DNA of 64,000 nucleotides from an uncultured bacterium (GTDB lineage: Bacteria > Zixibacteria > MSB-5A5 > GN15 > FEB-12). The stretch spans positions 311,601 through 375,600 of the forward strand of contig CAWGEP010000001.1 in NCBI GenBank assembly GCA_963821635.1. The letters are read 5' to 3'. The notes below the pieces were generated by a model. That model was not told the origin of the DNA and made no database searches. It saw only the letters and a list, made by a program, of their open reading frames with translations. Positions 18,979 through 28,899 of this stretch are shown piece after piece. How positions within the stretch are numbered: the first letter of the stretch is position 1; each line of letters starts with the position of its first letter. A program made the position numbers and the translations under genes.

Positions 18979-20178
18979 CTATCGAATTTCCAACAGCCCT
19001 TCGGCCACTTTTTGAGCGATTGGAAACATCGAAGCTCCCGATCCGGCAAATCGGATAATTCCCTTTTGATCGAGCAGGCAAAACGCCGGAGTGCTTAGCC
19101 GGTGATTGAACTGCTGCCACAGGACTGAATCATAGGGGACGATCGTCCCATCATACGGTTGATCTTTAAGAAAACTGCGAATCTGGCTGGTGTCGGATTC
19201 GAGGCAGCACGCTACCAGAGCCAGCGCCGAGCCGCTGTCATCGGCCATCATGCCGTTCAGCGCCGGGCGAACCTTCTCACAAAACGGACAGGTGGTCGAC
19301 CAGAACATGAGTAAAGTCACTTTGCCGGCAACCGTACGTGCACTGCATTCTTTTCCGGAGAGATCGGTGCTATGCCACGAAGGAGCATAAAAACCCAGGG
19401 CAATAACCGTGTCCCGGTCGTAGTCGCCGATCACCAGCTTTGTCCCGGCCGAATCGAGCGAGAGCACCTTGAGTTTGCGATTGTCGATTACGAACGGAAA
19501 TCCAAGCGGGACTCGCTTGGTCGGAATCACGTCACCATTTTCGGCAAGACGCCATATCGGGGAAAAATCGTTTCCGCCGGTCGGGTCGATCAGGCAGGCA
19601 GTTCCGCCAGTCAGCGAGTAGTCCAGGTTGCCGGTCGAGGTCAGGACCAACCGAACCGGAAATTCTTTGTTGTCAAGGTTGAGCTTCCCTTCCCGGCACT
19701 CCCCGACCCTTACCCAGACGCGACCGCTGTCGCGAATCACCTGAACTCTCAATGGTCTATTTGTCCTGGCTTTTCCCGACAGGTACGGGACTGAAAGGTC
19801 GGCATCGGCTACCATCCGTTCACTCGAATCCGAGAATTTCAGAACTGATTTATCCGAGAAATTGTGGCTCCCGTCGAGATCTACGGCGTAGTTCCATTCG
19901 CCGGACTTATTCTTGAACCGGGCCAGATAGATCGGCGAGGCTGACTTGCTTTCGAGCAAACCGCCGATATTCACGTCCGTCCATTCAGCAGGGTACTTTA
20001 TTATGTTTCCGGCCGGGTTTCGGAAAACGACTTCCTTTGGCGCCGGAAACAGGCAGGAGTCAGCCAGATTCGCCGGCACTAACGAAACAACGATATTTGA
20101 TTGCGAAAAAGCGGGCAGGGCTGCCAACAGTGACGCAACAACCAGGCTAACCGACAGAACGAGACAGCGTAGAGACAT
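18979..20178 (-). CDS. Secreted thiol-disulfide oxidoreductase (TlpA/redoxin-like thioredoxin fold) with N-terminal domain of unknown function
   Basis: Signal peptide. LLMFWSTTCPFCEKVRPAL contains the CxxC active site in a thioredoxin-like context. Confidence 0.6.
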   Translation of the reverse strand: MSLRCLVLSVSLVVASLLAALPAFSQSNIVVSLVPANLADSCLFPAPKEVVFRNPAGNIIKYPAEWTDVNIGGLLESKSASPIYLARFKNKSGEWNYAVDLDGSHNFSDKSVLKFSDSSERMVADADLSVPYLSGKARTNRPLRVQVIRDSGRVWVRVGECREGKLNLDNKEFPVRLVLTSTGNLDYSLTGGTACLIDPTGGNDFSPIWRLAENGDVIPTKRVPLGFPFVIDNRKLKVLSLDSAGTKLVIGDYDRDTVIALGFYAPSWHSTDLSGKECSARTVAGKVTLLMFWSTTCPFCEKVRPALNGMMADDSGSALALVACCLESDTSQIRSFLKDQPYDGTIVPYDSVLWQQFNHRLSTPAFCLLDQKGIIRFAGSGASMFPIAQKVAEGLLEIR

Positions 20179-20260
20179 ACGTCCCTTAAACCGAGACCCT
20201 GACGGTCTCGTTCCAACATATGATAATCACGTGCGCAGGATATTGCCGCCGATCCGGCGG

Positions 20261-20980
20261 TTAGTGAATGAAAGACTGAACCAGTGTCAGAATTTCCATG
20301 TTATGAAACGGCTTTCGGATAAATCCGTCCGCTCCGGCTGCGATCGCCTCAGCCCGATTATATTCCGCCTTCCCGGAGACCAGCAATACCGCCAGACGGG
20401 GATTCTGTTCCTTGAGTCTGGCCAGCAGCTCGAAACCGTCCATTCCCGGCATGGCTATATCGGTGATGACCAGCGACACTTTATTGGTCTTCAGCATTTC
20501 GAGGGCGGCGGCGGCGGATTCGGCCGCCAAAACATTGTAGCATTCCCGGTTCAGGATCTTTCCGAGCAGTTCACGAAACAAAATCTCGTCGTCTACTACC
20601 ATAATAGAACCGGCGTAAAGTTCTACCGCCTTCCGCAGTTTGGGAATGAGGACTGATTCCTTGATCGGCTTTACGATATAGCCGGTCGCCCCTGCTTCGA
20701 TACTCTGGACGATCGAGGCTTCGCTGTTGAGGGCGGAACACAGGATGACCGGAATCCGGCTCAGTCTTCGGTCGTTTTTGAGGTGACGCAAAAAGGTAAA
20801 GCCGTCCATCTGGGGCATGGTGATATCGGCCACAATGACGTCGGCATGTCCCCCCTTTAACAGGAAATCCAGGGCGACCTTGGCCGAAAGCATTGACTGC
20901 GATTCAATTTTGTTTCGCTCGAGGATCGCGGAAATCACCTTGAGCGTAAAGGCATCGTCGTCAACCACCAGTGCCTTCAT
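20261..20980 (-). CDS. Tandem receiver (REC-REC) response regulator without output domain
   Basis: There are two CheY-like domains. Each has the acidic pocket DD and a phospho-acceptor Asp in ADITMPQMDG / TDIAMPGMDG. Confidence 0.75.
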   Translation of the reverse strand: MKALVVDDDAFTLKVISAILERNKIESQSMLSAKVALDFLLKGGHADVIVADITMPQMDGFTFLRHLKNDRRLSRIPVILCSALNSEASIVQSIEAGATGYIVKPIKESVLIPKLRKAVELYAGSIMVVDDEILFRELLGKILNRECYNVLAAESAAAALEMLKTNKVSLVITDIAMPGMDGFELLARLKEQNPRLAVLLVSGKAEYNRAEAIAAGADGFIRKPFHNMEILTLVQSFIH

Positions 20981-21357
20981 TCACCGGCCTCTCTTTGAGA
21001 ACTGACCAGCCCCTGCTCCAATTCTTCCAACTGCCGCTTGAGCTGAATTAAGGCGGGAGTAGCTCCGGTCAAATCGCGGCTCAGAGCCAGGGCATCCAAC
21101 TGGATAGCCGTCTCCGCCGCGGCGTCGGCCCCCATGAAGCGAAGGTTCCCCTTGAAGGTATGGGCCACACGATGCAAATCGTCCGGGCGATTGTGCTGCA
21201 ACGCTTCTTTCGCCTCGGCCAACAGACGCGGGTAGTCGTGGCAGAAGATCGCGATCAGATCGCGCGCCAGTCCGGCATCTCCCTCAGTGGCCTGGAGTAA
21301 TTTCTGGTAGTCCGATTCAGCAGCCATTAATGTGTCCCCCATTAATTCACAGATCAT
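20977..21357 (-). CDS. Stand-alone Hpt (histidine phosphotransfer) domain protein
   Basis: The HTFKGNLRFMGA motif contains the Hpt HxxKG. The gene overlaps the downstream REC-REC gene by 4 nt. Confidence 0.65.
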   Translation of the reverse strand: MICELMGDTLMAAESDYQKLLQATEGDAGLARDLIAIFCHDYPRLLAEAKEALQHNRPDDLHRVAHTFKGNLRFMGADAAAETAIQLDALALSRDLTGATPALIQLKRQLEELEQGLVSSQREAGE

Positions 21358-22004
21358 GCCCAGGTCGCCGCCACAAGACAGCAGCCTGAGCTAAGCTGAT
21401 ACTTTCCACCCTGGATGGTAACCCTGAACGCACCAACTCTGTTGTCCTCCCGAGTGTCAATCCCTGATTCTATATATCGGCAATTCCGTCACTCTCATAA
21501 GCGGACAGTACCTCTCAGCTCAATCCAATATGGGAGGCCCGGCGCCGCGCACGAACTTCGATCTCGGCTCTTCGCCCGGTTTCCCCATTGAAAATTCACT
21601 TGAGCGTGCCGAATTAGGCCAGGCCGGACGGGACTCTCTTGGGCGGCCGGGTCCGGCGATGCAAAACTTTGCCAGTGTCAATTTGTGGCAGTGGAGAGCT
21701 AAAAATGGGAAAATCTGACCCTGCATACATATTTTATCCTGAAAATCTTCCGGGCCCTGCAAAGGAGCCTATCGGCGTGTCCGATACTTTTGATATCGCA
21801 CAGCATTCCGTTGCGGCCGGTGAGCGGAGAATTCAAGTCGGGCTCACGATCCCGGCGGAACAGGCGATTCCTCGGTGCGGGGCAGCACGAGACTCACGTT
21901 CGGCGCACCACTCCTGTCCGGTATTTGGAATATGCATTAGACGATCCGGCGACACGGGCCGGTTGGTACCTATTGGAAGCGATCGCGGATACGCGGGGGC
22001 AAGT

Positions 22005-22931
22005 ATGGATCAGAACAAGGGGAGAACCGGAAACCCGGCCGATGACGCCAGGAGAGAAATGCTTCGCCTTCAGGCCGCCGCGCAACTGGCCGCGCAAGCT
22101 CGCGGCACCGTCACCAGCCAGGGAGAGATTAAGTCGTTGCGGCCGCGCGTGACGCGCGAACCGGCCGGCGTCAAATCCCTGCTGGTGGTCGATGACGAGC
22201 CGTCGGTCATTGAATTGGTCGATGCTTCTCTGGATTCCAACCTCTTCAAAGTAGTCGCCGCCGAAAGTGTCAGTGAGGCCCGCTCTATTCTCCAATCGCA
22301 TTCCGACATTGCCCTGGTCCTGACCGACCTGCGCATGCCCGGAGAAGACGGCTTTTCCCTCTTGGAATTTCTCCGAAGCAACCTGCGTTTTCACCATATC
22401 CCCTCAATCGTCCTGACCAGCTGCTCGGATATCCGATTCGTCCGGCACGCTATCGAGCTTGGGGCCCAGGCTTACCTGGCGAAGCCGTTTACGCGCGAGG
22501 CCCTCGTGGAGCGAATCACCGGCGTGCTTGAATCCAGCGCCATCACCATCGTTCTGGTCTCGGACAACCACACCGCCCGCACTATTCTTGGCCGCGACAT
22601 TACGCTCGCCGGCTATACTGTCCAGACAGCCGAAAACGGGGCCAGGGCCCTTGAATTGATCAAAAAGGGCCGTGTCAGTCTTATAATTTCAGAACTCGTA
22701 CTCGAAGACATGACCGGATTGGACCTGCTTGGACGGGCCAGCGATGCCGGCGGAGGGGTTCCCTTTCTTTTTATCAGCGACCCGCAGTTGAAGGCTTCCG
22801 AGGAAATCGTTAAGGCGGCCGGCGGATATGGCCTGATCCGCAGACCGTTCCGGAACTCCGAAGTAGTCCAGATGATCCGGGCCATGGAGCCCAAGCTCCG
22901 CTTCCGGTCCGCCAACCTTGCGGAGACCTGA
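22005..22931 (+). CDS. Tandem receiver (REC-REC) protein, second domain degenerate
   Basis: LLVVDDEPSVIEL...LTDLRMPGEDGFSLL is the first REC domain. A second REC-like domain follows (LIISELVLEDMTGLDLL). The start is uncertain; 21702 is an alternative. Confidence 0.6.
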   Translation: MDQNKGRTGNPADDARREMLRLQAAAQLAAQARGTVTSQGEIKSLRPRVTREPAGVKSLLVVDDEPSVIELVDASLDSNLFKVVAAESVSEARSILQSHSDIALVLTDLRMPGEDGFSLLEFLRSNLRFHHIPSIVLTSCSDIRFVRHAIELGAQAYLAKPFTREALVERITGVLESSAITIVLVSDNHTARTILGRDITLAGYTVQTAENGARALELIKKGRVSLIISELVLEDMTGLDLLGRASDAGGGVPFLFISDPQLKASEEIVKAAGGYGLIRRPFRNSEVVQMIRAMEPKLRFRSANLAET

Positions 22932-23054
22932 ATCCTGCCGCTCCGGTTCATATTGCGATTCGTCCCTCGCGGCGATATATTCTTACGGCCCTTGCCTGAG
23001 ACCGATCTCGGTATATAACCCGTGGCACGATTGCTGATCGATTAAGAGTTCTGT

Positions 23055-23975
23055 TTGACCGCACGGCATCCCTCATCAACTTCTACATGTCCCAATTGCG
23101 GCCATGCGCTTTTGCCCAAGGACAAGTTTTGCGCCCAGTGCGGCCAGCCCAGCCACGAACTCCGCCTCCCCTTTAAGCATTTGTTTTCGGAGGCCCTGGA
23201 AGGATTTATTCATTTCGATGACAAGCTGTTCAAAACTGTCGCCGCCCTGCTTTTCAGACCCGGCTTTCTGACAAGCCAGTTTCTGGCCGGCAAACGAATG
23301 AGCTATGTCCCCCCGATCCGGCTATATGTTTTCCTGAGTTTTCTCTTTTTCCTGTTGCTGTCTTTTGCTCCGTCCCGAAAGCACAGCGCGGCGTCGGGCG
23401 AAGCCGCTTCAACTGTCGGCAGCCGGCCAACTCCCGGATTCAGTGTCTCTTTCTTCGGCATCAGTTCTAAGGACCTTCAGAATTTGGACGACCGGCAGAT
23501 CGATTCTCTTCTGGCGGCCCGCGGGATGGCGCAAAGCCGGTTCAAGGTCTATCTGGCTCACAAGATCGCCCGTATCGGCGCGGGTGGACGGGCGGAATTC
23601 AATCACTGGATGCTCAAAAGCGTGTCGTACATGATGTTTGTGCTCATGCCCATATTCGGCGCTCTGGTCTTGCTCTTCTATCGAAAGCGCGTGGATTACT
23701 TCATTGACTGCCTGATCTTTTCGGTCCACTTCCACAGCTTTGCGTTTCTCCTCTCCACCCTGATTGTCCTGTTGGGCTGGGTTGTCGACTCCGGCTATTT
23801 GATCTTGATATCCCCCGTGATCCTGACACTGTATTGTTATCTGGCGTTGAAAAGGCTGTTCAAACAGTCCTGGTGGCTGACCGCCCTAAAGACGGTCGCG
23901 CTCGGCGCGCTTCACGCCTCCGCGCTAAGCGTCTGTTTTCTGGTGACGACGCTGATAAGCGTCCTGTTATTCTGA
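23055..23975 (+). CDS. Zinc-ribbon membrane protein (DUF3667-like)
   Basis: An N-terminal CPNCG...CAQCG zinc ribbon is followed by ~5 TM helices. Confidence 0.5.
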   Translation: MTARHPSSTSTCPNCGHALLPKDKFCAQCGQPSHELRLPFKHLFSEALEGFIHFDDKLFKTVAALLFRPGFLTSQFLAGKRMSYVPPIRLYVFLSFLFFLLLSFAPSRKHSAASGEAASTVGSRPTPGFSVSFFGISSKDLQNLDDRQIDSLLAARGMAQSRFKVYLAHKIARIGAGGRAEFNHWMLKSVSYMMFVLMPIFGALVLLFYRKRVDYFIDCLIFSVHFHSFAFLLSTLIVLLGWVVDSGYLILISPVILTLYCYLALKRLFKQSWWLTALKTVALGALHASALSVCFLVTTLISVLLF

Positions 23976-24037
23976 GCGGCAGAGCCAACTCCCCCTTGGC
24001 AGGCCAGGATCTTGACATTTAATCCCGCCGGCCGCGG

Positions 24038-24487
24038 TCAGCGCCGCGGAAGTCGGAGATTGTCGTTGGAGCGCCCGACTCTGACCTCCATGGGCCGGGC
24101 ATCGGCCAGCTTGACCTCCGCATCCAGATCGGAATCATAGTAGTCACAGGTCAGTTCTTCACCGGCCTTGATATCCCGGGCGGCTATATCGGAATTGGGA
24201 CCATTGGGCCCCTCCAGAAGATTCGGATTATCGGAATGATTCACATACCGGGTGTTGTCGCCGCACAGAACCATGCAGCGAGCCCCGCTTGAATTCTCGG
24301 TGTACCCATAGTGGGCAATGTACTGCTGAACGTGAGCCGGGAATTTCCCCAGTTCCGAGACTTTGAATCGAAGATCGATCCGGGGATCGAATACCCAGAC
24401 CACCTGGCCTTCCTTGATGTCCTCTGCAGCAAAGCATCCAAGGCCTTCGATATTGCTGCGCTTAACCGTTGTCCTTACCAATAACAT
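24038..24487 (-). CDS. SET domain protein (putative protein-lysine methyltransferase)
   Basis: GCFAAEDIKEGQVV, NHSDNPN and ELTCDYY match SET-domain signatures. Confidence 0.7.
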   Translation of the reverse strand: MLLVRTTVKRSNIEGLGCFAAEDIKEGQVVWVFDPRIDLRFKVSELGKFPAHVQQYIAHYGYTENSSGARCMVLCGDNTRYVNHSDNPNLLEGPNGPNSDIAARDIKAGEELTCDYYDSDLDAEVKLADARPMEVRVGRSNDNLRLPRR

Positions 24488-24678
24488 GCGTCCTCACCCG
24501 AGCCGGCGGCTCGCGATCAATTCTGAACGTTATTTCCCTATTCGTGATTTTTCATGGAATCCGGCGCAACGGCCGGCAAACTGGGTCCACCCGGCATAAT
24601 GGATATTATACCGGGTTGGACCGGATTCGTCGATTTTAGCCCCTGGAAAAGTACTTCGTGAAAGACCATTCGCCATGT

Positions 24679-26793
24679 TCAGTCGAAAAGCATCCTGTGC
24701 AAATAGGCAAATTCCAAGGCTTGCTCTTTGGCCCGGTGGGCATTGTCGGCCGCCGCGCCGTGTCCCCCCTCGGTCTCTTCGTAATAATAAACTTTGTCCC
24801 CCAGCGCTTCCAACTTGGCCGCCGCTTTCCGCGCGTGCGCCGGGTGGACCCGGTCATCCTTGGTGGAGGTCACAAACAGAATCTTGGGATATTTGACTCC
24901 GGCCTTGATATTCTGATAGGGGGAATAGGTCGAAATGTATGCCCGCATGTCGGCCGAGTCCGGGTCCCCATATTCCCCGATCCAGGAAGCTCCCGGAGGA
25001 AGTTTGGAATATCGAAGCATGTCCAAAAGCGGCACCTGGCAGACGACCGCGTTAAACAGCTCCGGCCGCTGGGTGAAGGCGACTCCGACCAGCAGTCCGC
25101 CGTTACTCCCGCCCATGATCCCGAGATGCTTGGGGGAAGTGATCTTCCGTTTGATCAGGTCTTCCGCGACGGCAATGAAATCGTCGAATACTTTCTGCCG
25201 ATTCTTCAACAGCCCGGCGCGATGCCACCTCGGGCCAAATTCTCCGCCCCCCCGGATGTTCGCCAACACGTAGACTCCCCCCTGCTTGAGCCACAGGTTG
25301 CCGATACTGCTGGAATAGGAGGGCGTCATCGAAACCCGGAATCCTCCGTAGCCATATAGCAAGGTCGGATTGTTGCCGTCGGCAGCCAGATCAGCGCGAG
25401 CCACCACGAAATAGGGAATCATCGTCCCGTCTTTGCTCGCCGCCTCAAACTGGCTGATTTTAAGGCCGGCAGCGTCAAACCTCGCCGGAAGCGACTTGAT
25501 CTCTTCCGGCGCCGCCGCAGGATCGGTCAGGTAATAGAGCTTGGTAGGAGTCAGGAAATCCTGGAAGCTCGCCATCAGACTGTTTCCGAAGGCGTTGTAG
25601 GCCGACAGCCCAACTGTCCCCAGGTCAGGCAGCTTGAGTTCGCCGGTCGTCCATTTGGAAGCTCCGGCCGATTCGTTCAGACTCAGGTACAGGATCCGGC
25701 CCCGCACATTTCTGAGAATGGAAAGCAGCAAATAGTCTTTGGTCGCTCCGATCGACTGGACCGTGCTCTTGTCATCCGGCTCGAACAGAACTTCCACTTT
25801 GGATTTGAGATCAGCCGAGCCGAAATCCGCGGTCTTGAGCGCGACTACCGAGCCCTCGGGAATCCCCAGCCAGTCGGAGTATAGAAGGGCGACGGCATAT
25901 CCCTTGAAGAAGACATCGACGCGGGCATCTTTCGGAAACGGCATCGGTTGCAGTTTGAGCTTTTGGTCTACCAGCCAGCCGGACTGCTCCCAGAACGATG
26001 TGCTGCGATGGAGGGTAAAAGTGTTCCCCTCCGGCCGGAAATCGACCCCGCCATTGACATCGACATCCGAATTCTCCCCTTCCATAAGGGTCTGGGCCGA
26101 CGCCAATGGAGTGCCGCGTTTCCACAACTTGATAATCCGGGGATACCCCGACGATGTCAGCGAACCGGGTCCGAAATCAGTGCCGATTATTACCGTGTTG
26201 CTGTCGAACCATGAGACCGAGTTCTTGGCCTCCGGGACGGTGAATCCATCCTTCACAAATGCTTTCTGATTGTAATCATATTCTCGGACCCAGGTGGCAT
26301 CCTTGCCGCCGAGCGACAACGAGACCAATGCCCGGGAGTAGTCGGGCGGGAGAACATCGGCTCCCTGGTACACCCAGCTTTTTCCTTCGTCCTTGTTGAG
26401 CTTGTCAATATCGAGAACCACTTCCCACTGGGGAGCCGGCTTTTTGTATTCGGCTATCGTGGCCCGACGAAGGATACCGCGCGGGTGATCCTGGTCCTGC
26501 CAGAAATTGTAAATGTAGTTGCCCATCAACTGGCCGCCCGGAATGCGGTCCTTGGCGTTGAGCAGTTTGAGCGCTTCATCCTGGTATTTGATGAAATTGG
26601 GATCCTTCTGAAACTCGCTCATAGTGGCCGAGTCCTGCGTCCTGGCCCACTCCAGCGGCTTGACCCCCTCGTCCTCTTCCAGCCACAGGTACGGATCGGT
26701 GTCCGCGCCCTGCGCTGAAGCGGGGATAGGGTGAAGCCCCAGCAGCATCAGCGCTGCCAGCGCGCCGGTCAATAATCGCAATAGGAATTTCAT
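24679..26793 (-). CDS. Prolyl oligopeptidase family S9A serine peptidase
   Basis: Signal peptide. GGSNGG nucleophile elbow with a C-terminal alpha/beta hydrolase domain. 704 aa. Confidence 0.8.
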   Translation of the reverse strand: MKFLLRLLTGALAALMLLGLHPIPASAQGADTDPYLWLEEDEGVKPLEWARTQDSATMSEFQKDPNFIKYQDEALKLLNAKDRIPGGQLMGNYIYNFWQDQDHPRGILRRATIAEYKKPAPQWEVVLDIDKLNKDEGKSWVYQGADVLPPDYSRALVSLSLGGKDATWVREYDYNQKAFVKDGFTVPEAKNSVSWFDSNTVIIGTDFGPGSLTSSGYPRIIKLWKRGTPLASAQTLMEGENSDVDVNGGVDFRPEGNTFTLHRSTSFWEQSGWLVDQKLKLQPMPFPKDARVDVFFKGYAVALLYSDWLGIPEGSVVALKTADFGSADLKSKVEVLFEPDDKSTVQSIGATKDYLLLSILRNVRGRILYLSLNESAGASKWTTGELKLPDLGTVGLSAYNAFGNSLMASFQDFLTPTKLYYLTDPAAAPEEIKSLPARFDAAGLKISQFEAASKDGTMIPYFVVARADLAADGNNPTLLYGYGGFRVSMTPSYSSSIGNLWLKQGGVYVLANIRGGGEFGPRWHRAGLLKNRQKVFDDFIAVAEDLIKRKITSPKHLGIMGGSNGGLLVGVAFTQRPELFNAVVCQVPLLDMLRYSKLPPGASWIGEYGDPDSADMRAYISTYSPYQNIKAGVKYPKILFVTSTKDDRVHPAHARKAAAKLEALGDKVYYYEETEGGHGAAADNAHRAKEQALEFAYLHRMLFD

Positions 26794-27177
26794 GTTTCCA
26801 CTCCGAGCCAGCTTGATTTTGGTCCACTTGTGCGCCCCGCGGGCGATGACCCGGGAATATATAACACCGTTTTAAAAGGCCACAACTTTGAAATCGAGCG
26901 ATCCCAAATAATCCATTTCTTGAAAAAAACAGCCCCGGAGCAAAGTCGTTCCCCTGAGTCGGTGGAAAGCGGCGCGATTTATTTCGTCACCGTGGGCGGT
27001 CTGCAGGTCAGCCCAAGTCCCCCGGGCCAAAGCAGGGCAGCAGTGCCCCGGGTCAAGAACTTTTCACCTGACGCAACCTGGGGGCCGGGATTCCGTAAAC
27101 TAAAGGGACCATGTTCAAGTCACCCTGAAGTGCGCCTCGCTTTGCCGTCCGGGCGGCGGGCGGAAGGGAAGAATCAC

Positions 27178-27432
27178 ATGCGAGTGATAGCAATCGTACT
27201 CTTGATAATCTGCCTCCCGATCATTCTGATTGTGCTCGGTTCGGTCGGCCTTGGTCTCGGTTCAGCGCTGGTCGGACTGATCGCCGGAATCGGGGGAGCC
27301 ATTGTCGGCGTGGTGGCAGGACTTGCCGCCGGATTTATTGGCCTTTGTGCCGGCCTGCTCGGGCCCCTGGCTCTGATTGCCATACCGATTCTGATCATCG
27401 TCGGACTGGTCAGGCTGCTGAGCACTCGCTAG
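27178..27432 (+). CDS. Small membrane protein with glycine-zipper repeats
   Basis: RBS GAAGGGA. Two TM segments rich in GxxxG (GLGLGSALVGLIAGIGGAIVGVVAGLAAG). Confidence 0.45.
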   Translation: MRVIAIVLLIICLPIILIVLGSVGLGLGSALVGLIAGIGGAIVGVVAGLAAGFIGLCAGLLGPLALIAIPILIIVGLVRLLSTR

Positions 27433-27580
27433 CTCTTACTGTTTCTGCTTCCGAAAGCCAGTTCCAACCCCATTTGACTTGACGCTCTCTTGCGAGCGGC
27501 TTTACCTTGTCCAAAACGGAGAATTGAGTTCGGACGGGTCCAAGGGACCGGTCCGGAAAAGCGCCCACGCGCGGACAAGC

Positions 27581-28891
27581 ATGTACTGGCTGAGCAAAAG
27601 CATCCATCGGTTCAACCGGCTAAACCGCCGGTTTGTCATTTTGGCCGCCGTGATCGGGCCCGGTATCATCACGATGATCGCCGACAATGACGCCGGGGGA
27701 ATTTCCACCTACGCCGTCACCGGATCGAAATTCGGATTCAACCTGCTCTGGGTCTTTATCATTCTCATCCCGATGGCTTATTTCGTGCAGGAGATGACCG
27801 TCCGGCTGGGGGCCGTGACGAAACGCGGCCATGCCGAAGCGATTTTCGATGGCTTCGGCAAATTCTGGGGCTTCTTTTCCCTGTTCGATTTGGCCGTGGT
27901 GAACTGGCTGACGCTGATAACCGAGTACATCGGAATGACCGCCGCCATGAGTATGTTCGGCGTGCCCCCCCTGATCACGTGTATCGTGGTCACCGTAATT
28001 CTGATGGCCGTGGTTATGACCGGTCGCTACTGGACATTCGAGAAGATAACGCTCGCCTTCTGTATTTTCAACATGGTCTACATCCCGGCGGCCATCTGGG
28101 CCATGCACACCCCAACTGCGCCGGCCTGGGGCGAAGTGGCCAAAGGATTTTACAGTCCGGTCTTCCCCAAAGGTCTGACCGCCGATCTCATCTTTATTAT
28201 CATGGCCAACATCGGGACGACTATCACACCCTGGCAGATCTTCTTTCAGCAAAGCTCGGTGGTCGACAAAGGAATGGACGTTCACGATGTCGCCTACGGC
28301 AAGATTGATACCTTTGCCGGGTCGTTTCTAACCGGCGTGGTGGCCATTTTCATTATCATTTGCACCGGTGCCGCCTTCTATTACCACCAGCCCCCGATCG
28401 CGGTCGAGGATGCCACCCAGACCGCCAACGCCCTGGTGCCGCTGCTCCCCGGCGCCCAGGGTCACTGGGCCCGACTCCTCTTTGCGATCGGTCTGTTCGA
28501 TGCCGGCTTTCTCGGCGCCTTGTGTATCTCGCTGTCGACCTCGTGGGCAGTCGGCGAAGTTTTCGGCTGGGCCCACTCGCTCAACCGGACGGTCCGGGAC
28601 GCTCCCTGGTTCTATGTCATTTATCTTTTGACCCTCGTGACCGCGGGGGCGGTGGTGCTCATTCCGGGGGCTCCGCTTATCGCCATCACCATGTTTGTGC
28701 AAGTGGTCGCGGTAACCCTCTTGCCCGCCGCACTGCTGTTCCTTATTCTGCTCTTGAACGATGAGCCCCTGATGGGCCAGTACAAAAACACGCGGCTTCA
28801 GAATATCGCCAATTGGAGCATTGTCGTCTTTGTAGTAATTATGTCAACCTGTTTCGCCGTCTCGGTCTTGTTCCCGGAGTGGTTTAGTTGA
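27581..28891 (+). CDS. NRAMP-family divalent cation transporter (NrmT-like variant, DNDAGG motif)
   Basis: GPGIITMIADNDAGGISTYAVTGSKFGFNLLW resembles the NRAMP TM1 region, but DNDAGG replaces the canonical DPGN. About 11 TM segments. Confidence 0.65.
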   Translation: MYWLSKSIHRFNRLNRRFVILAAVIGPGIITMIADNDAGGISTYAVTGSKFGFNLLWVFIILIPMAYFVQEMTVRLGAVTKRGHAEAIFDGFGKFWGFFSLFDLAVVNWLTLITEYIGMTAAMSMFGVPPLITCIVVTVILMAVVMTGRYWTFEKITLAFCIFNMVYIPAAIWAMHTPTAPAWGEVAKGFYSPVFPKGLTADLIFIIMANIGTTITPWQIFFQQSSVVDKGMDVHDVAYGKIDTFAGSFLTGVVAIFIIICTGAAFYYHQPPIAVEDATQTANALVPLLPGAQGHWARLLFAIGLFDAGFLGALCISLSTSWAVGEVFGWAHSLNRTVRDAPWFYVIYLLTLVTAGAVVLIPGAPLIAITMFVQVVAVTLLPAALLFLILLLNDEPLMGQYKNTRLQNIANWSIVVFVVIMSTCFAVSVLFPEWFS

Positions 28892-28899
28892 GCTAGTCT

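Noticed and set aside
21639-22004. Upstream 122 codons of the 21639-22931 ORF as part of the REC-REC protein
   Set aside because: There is no domain signature, the third-position composition is atypical, and the GTG/ATG start is ambiguous. The start was set at 22005, with 21702 kept as an alternative.
24658-25359. 233-aa plus-strand ORF
   Set aside because: Antisense to the prolyl oligopeptidase gene and therefore spurious.
27433-27580. M-box (Mg) riboswitch upstream of the NRAMP-like transporter
   Set aside because: The region was read on the coding strand. The conserved M-box core was not apparent, so no riboswitch is claimed.
27620-28285. 221-aa minus-strand ORF
   Set aside because: Antisense to the NRAMP-like gene. 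It is His/Gly/Asp-rich with no motif.
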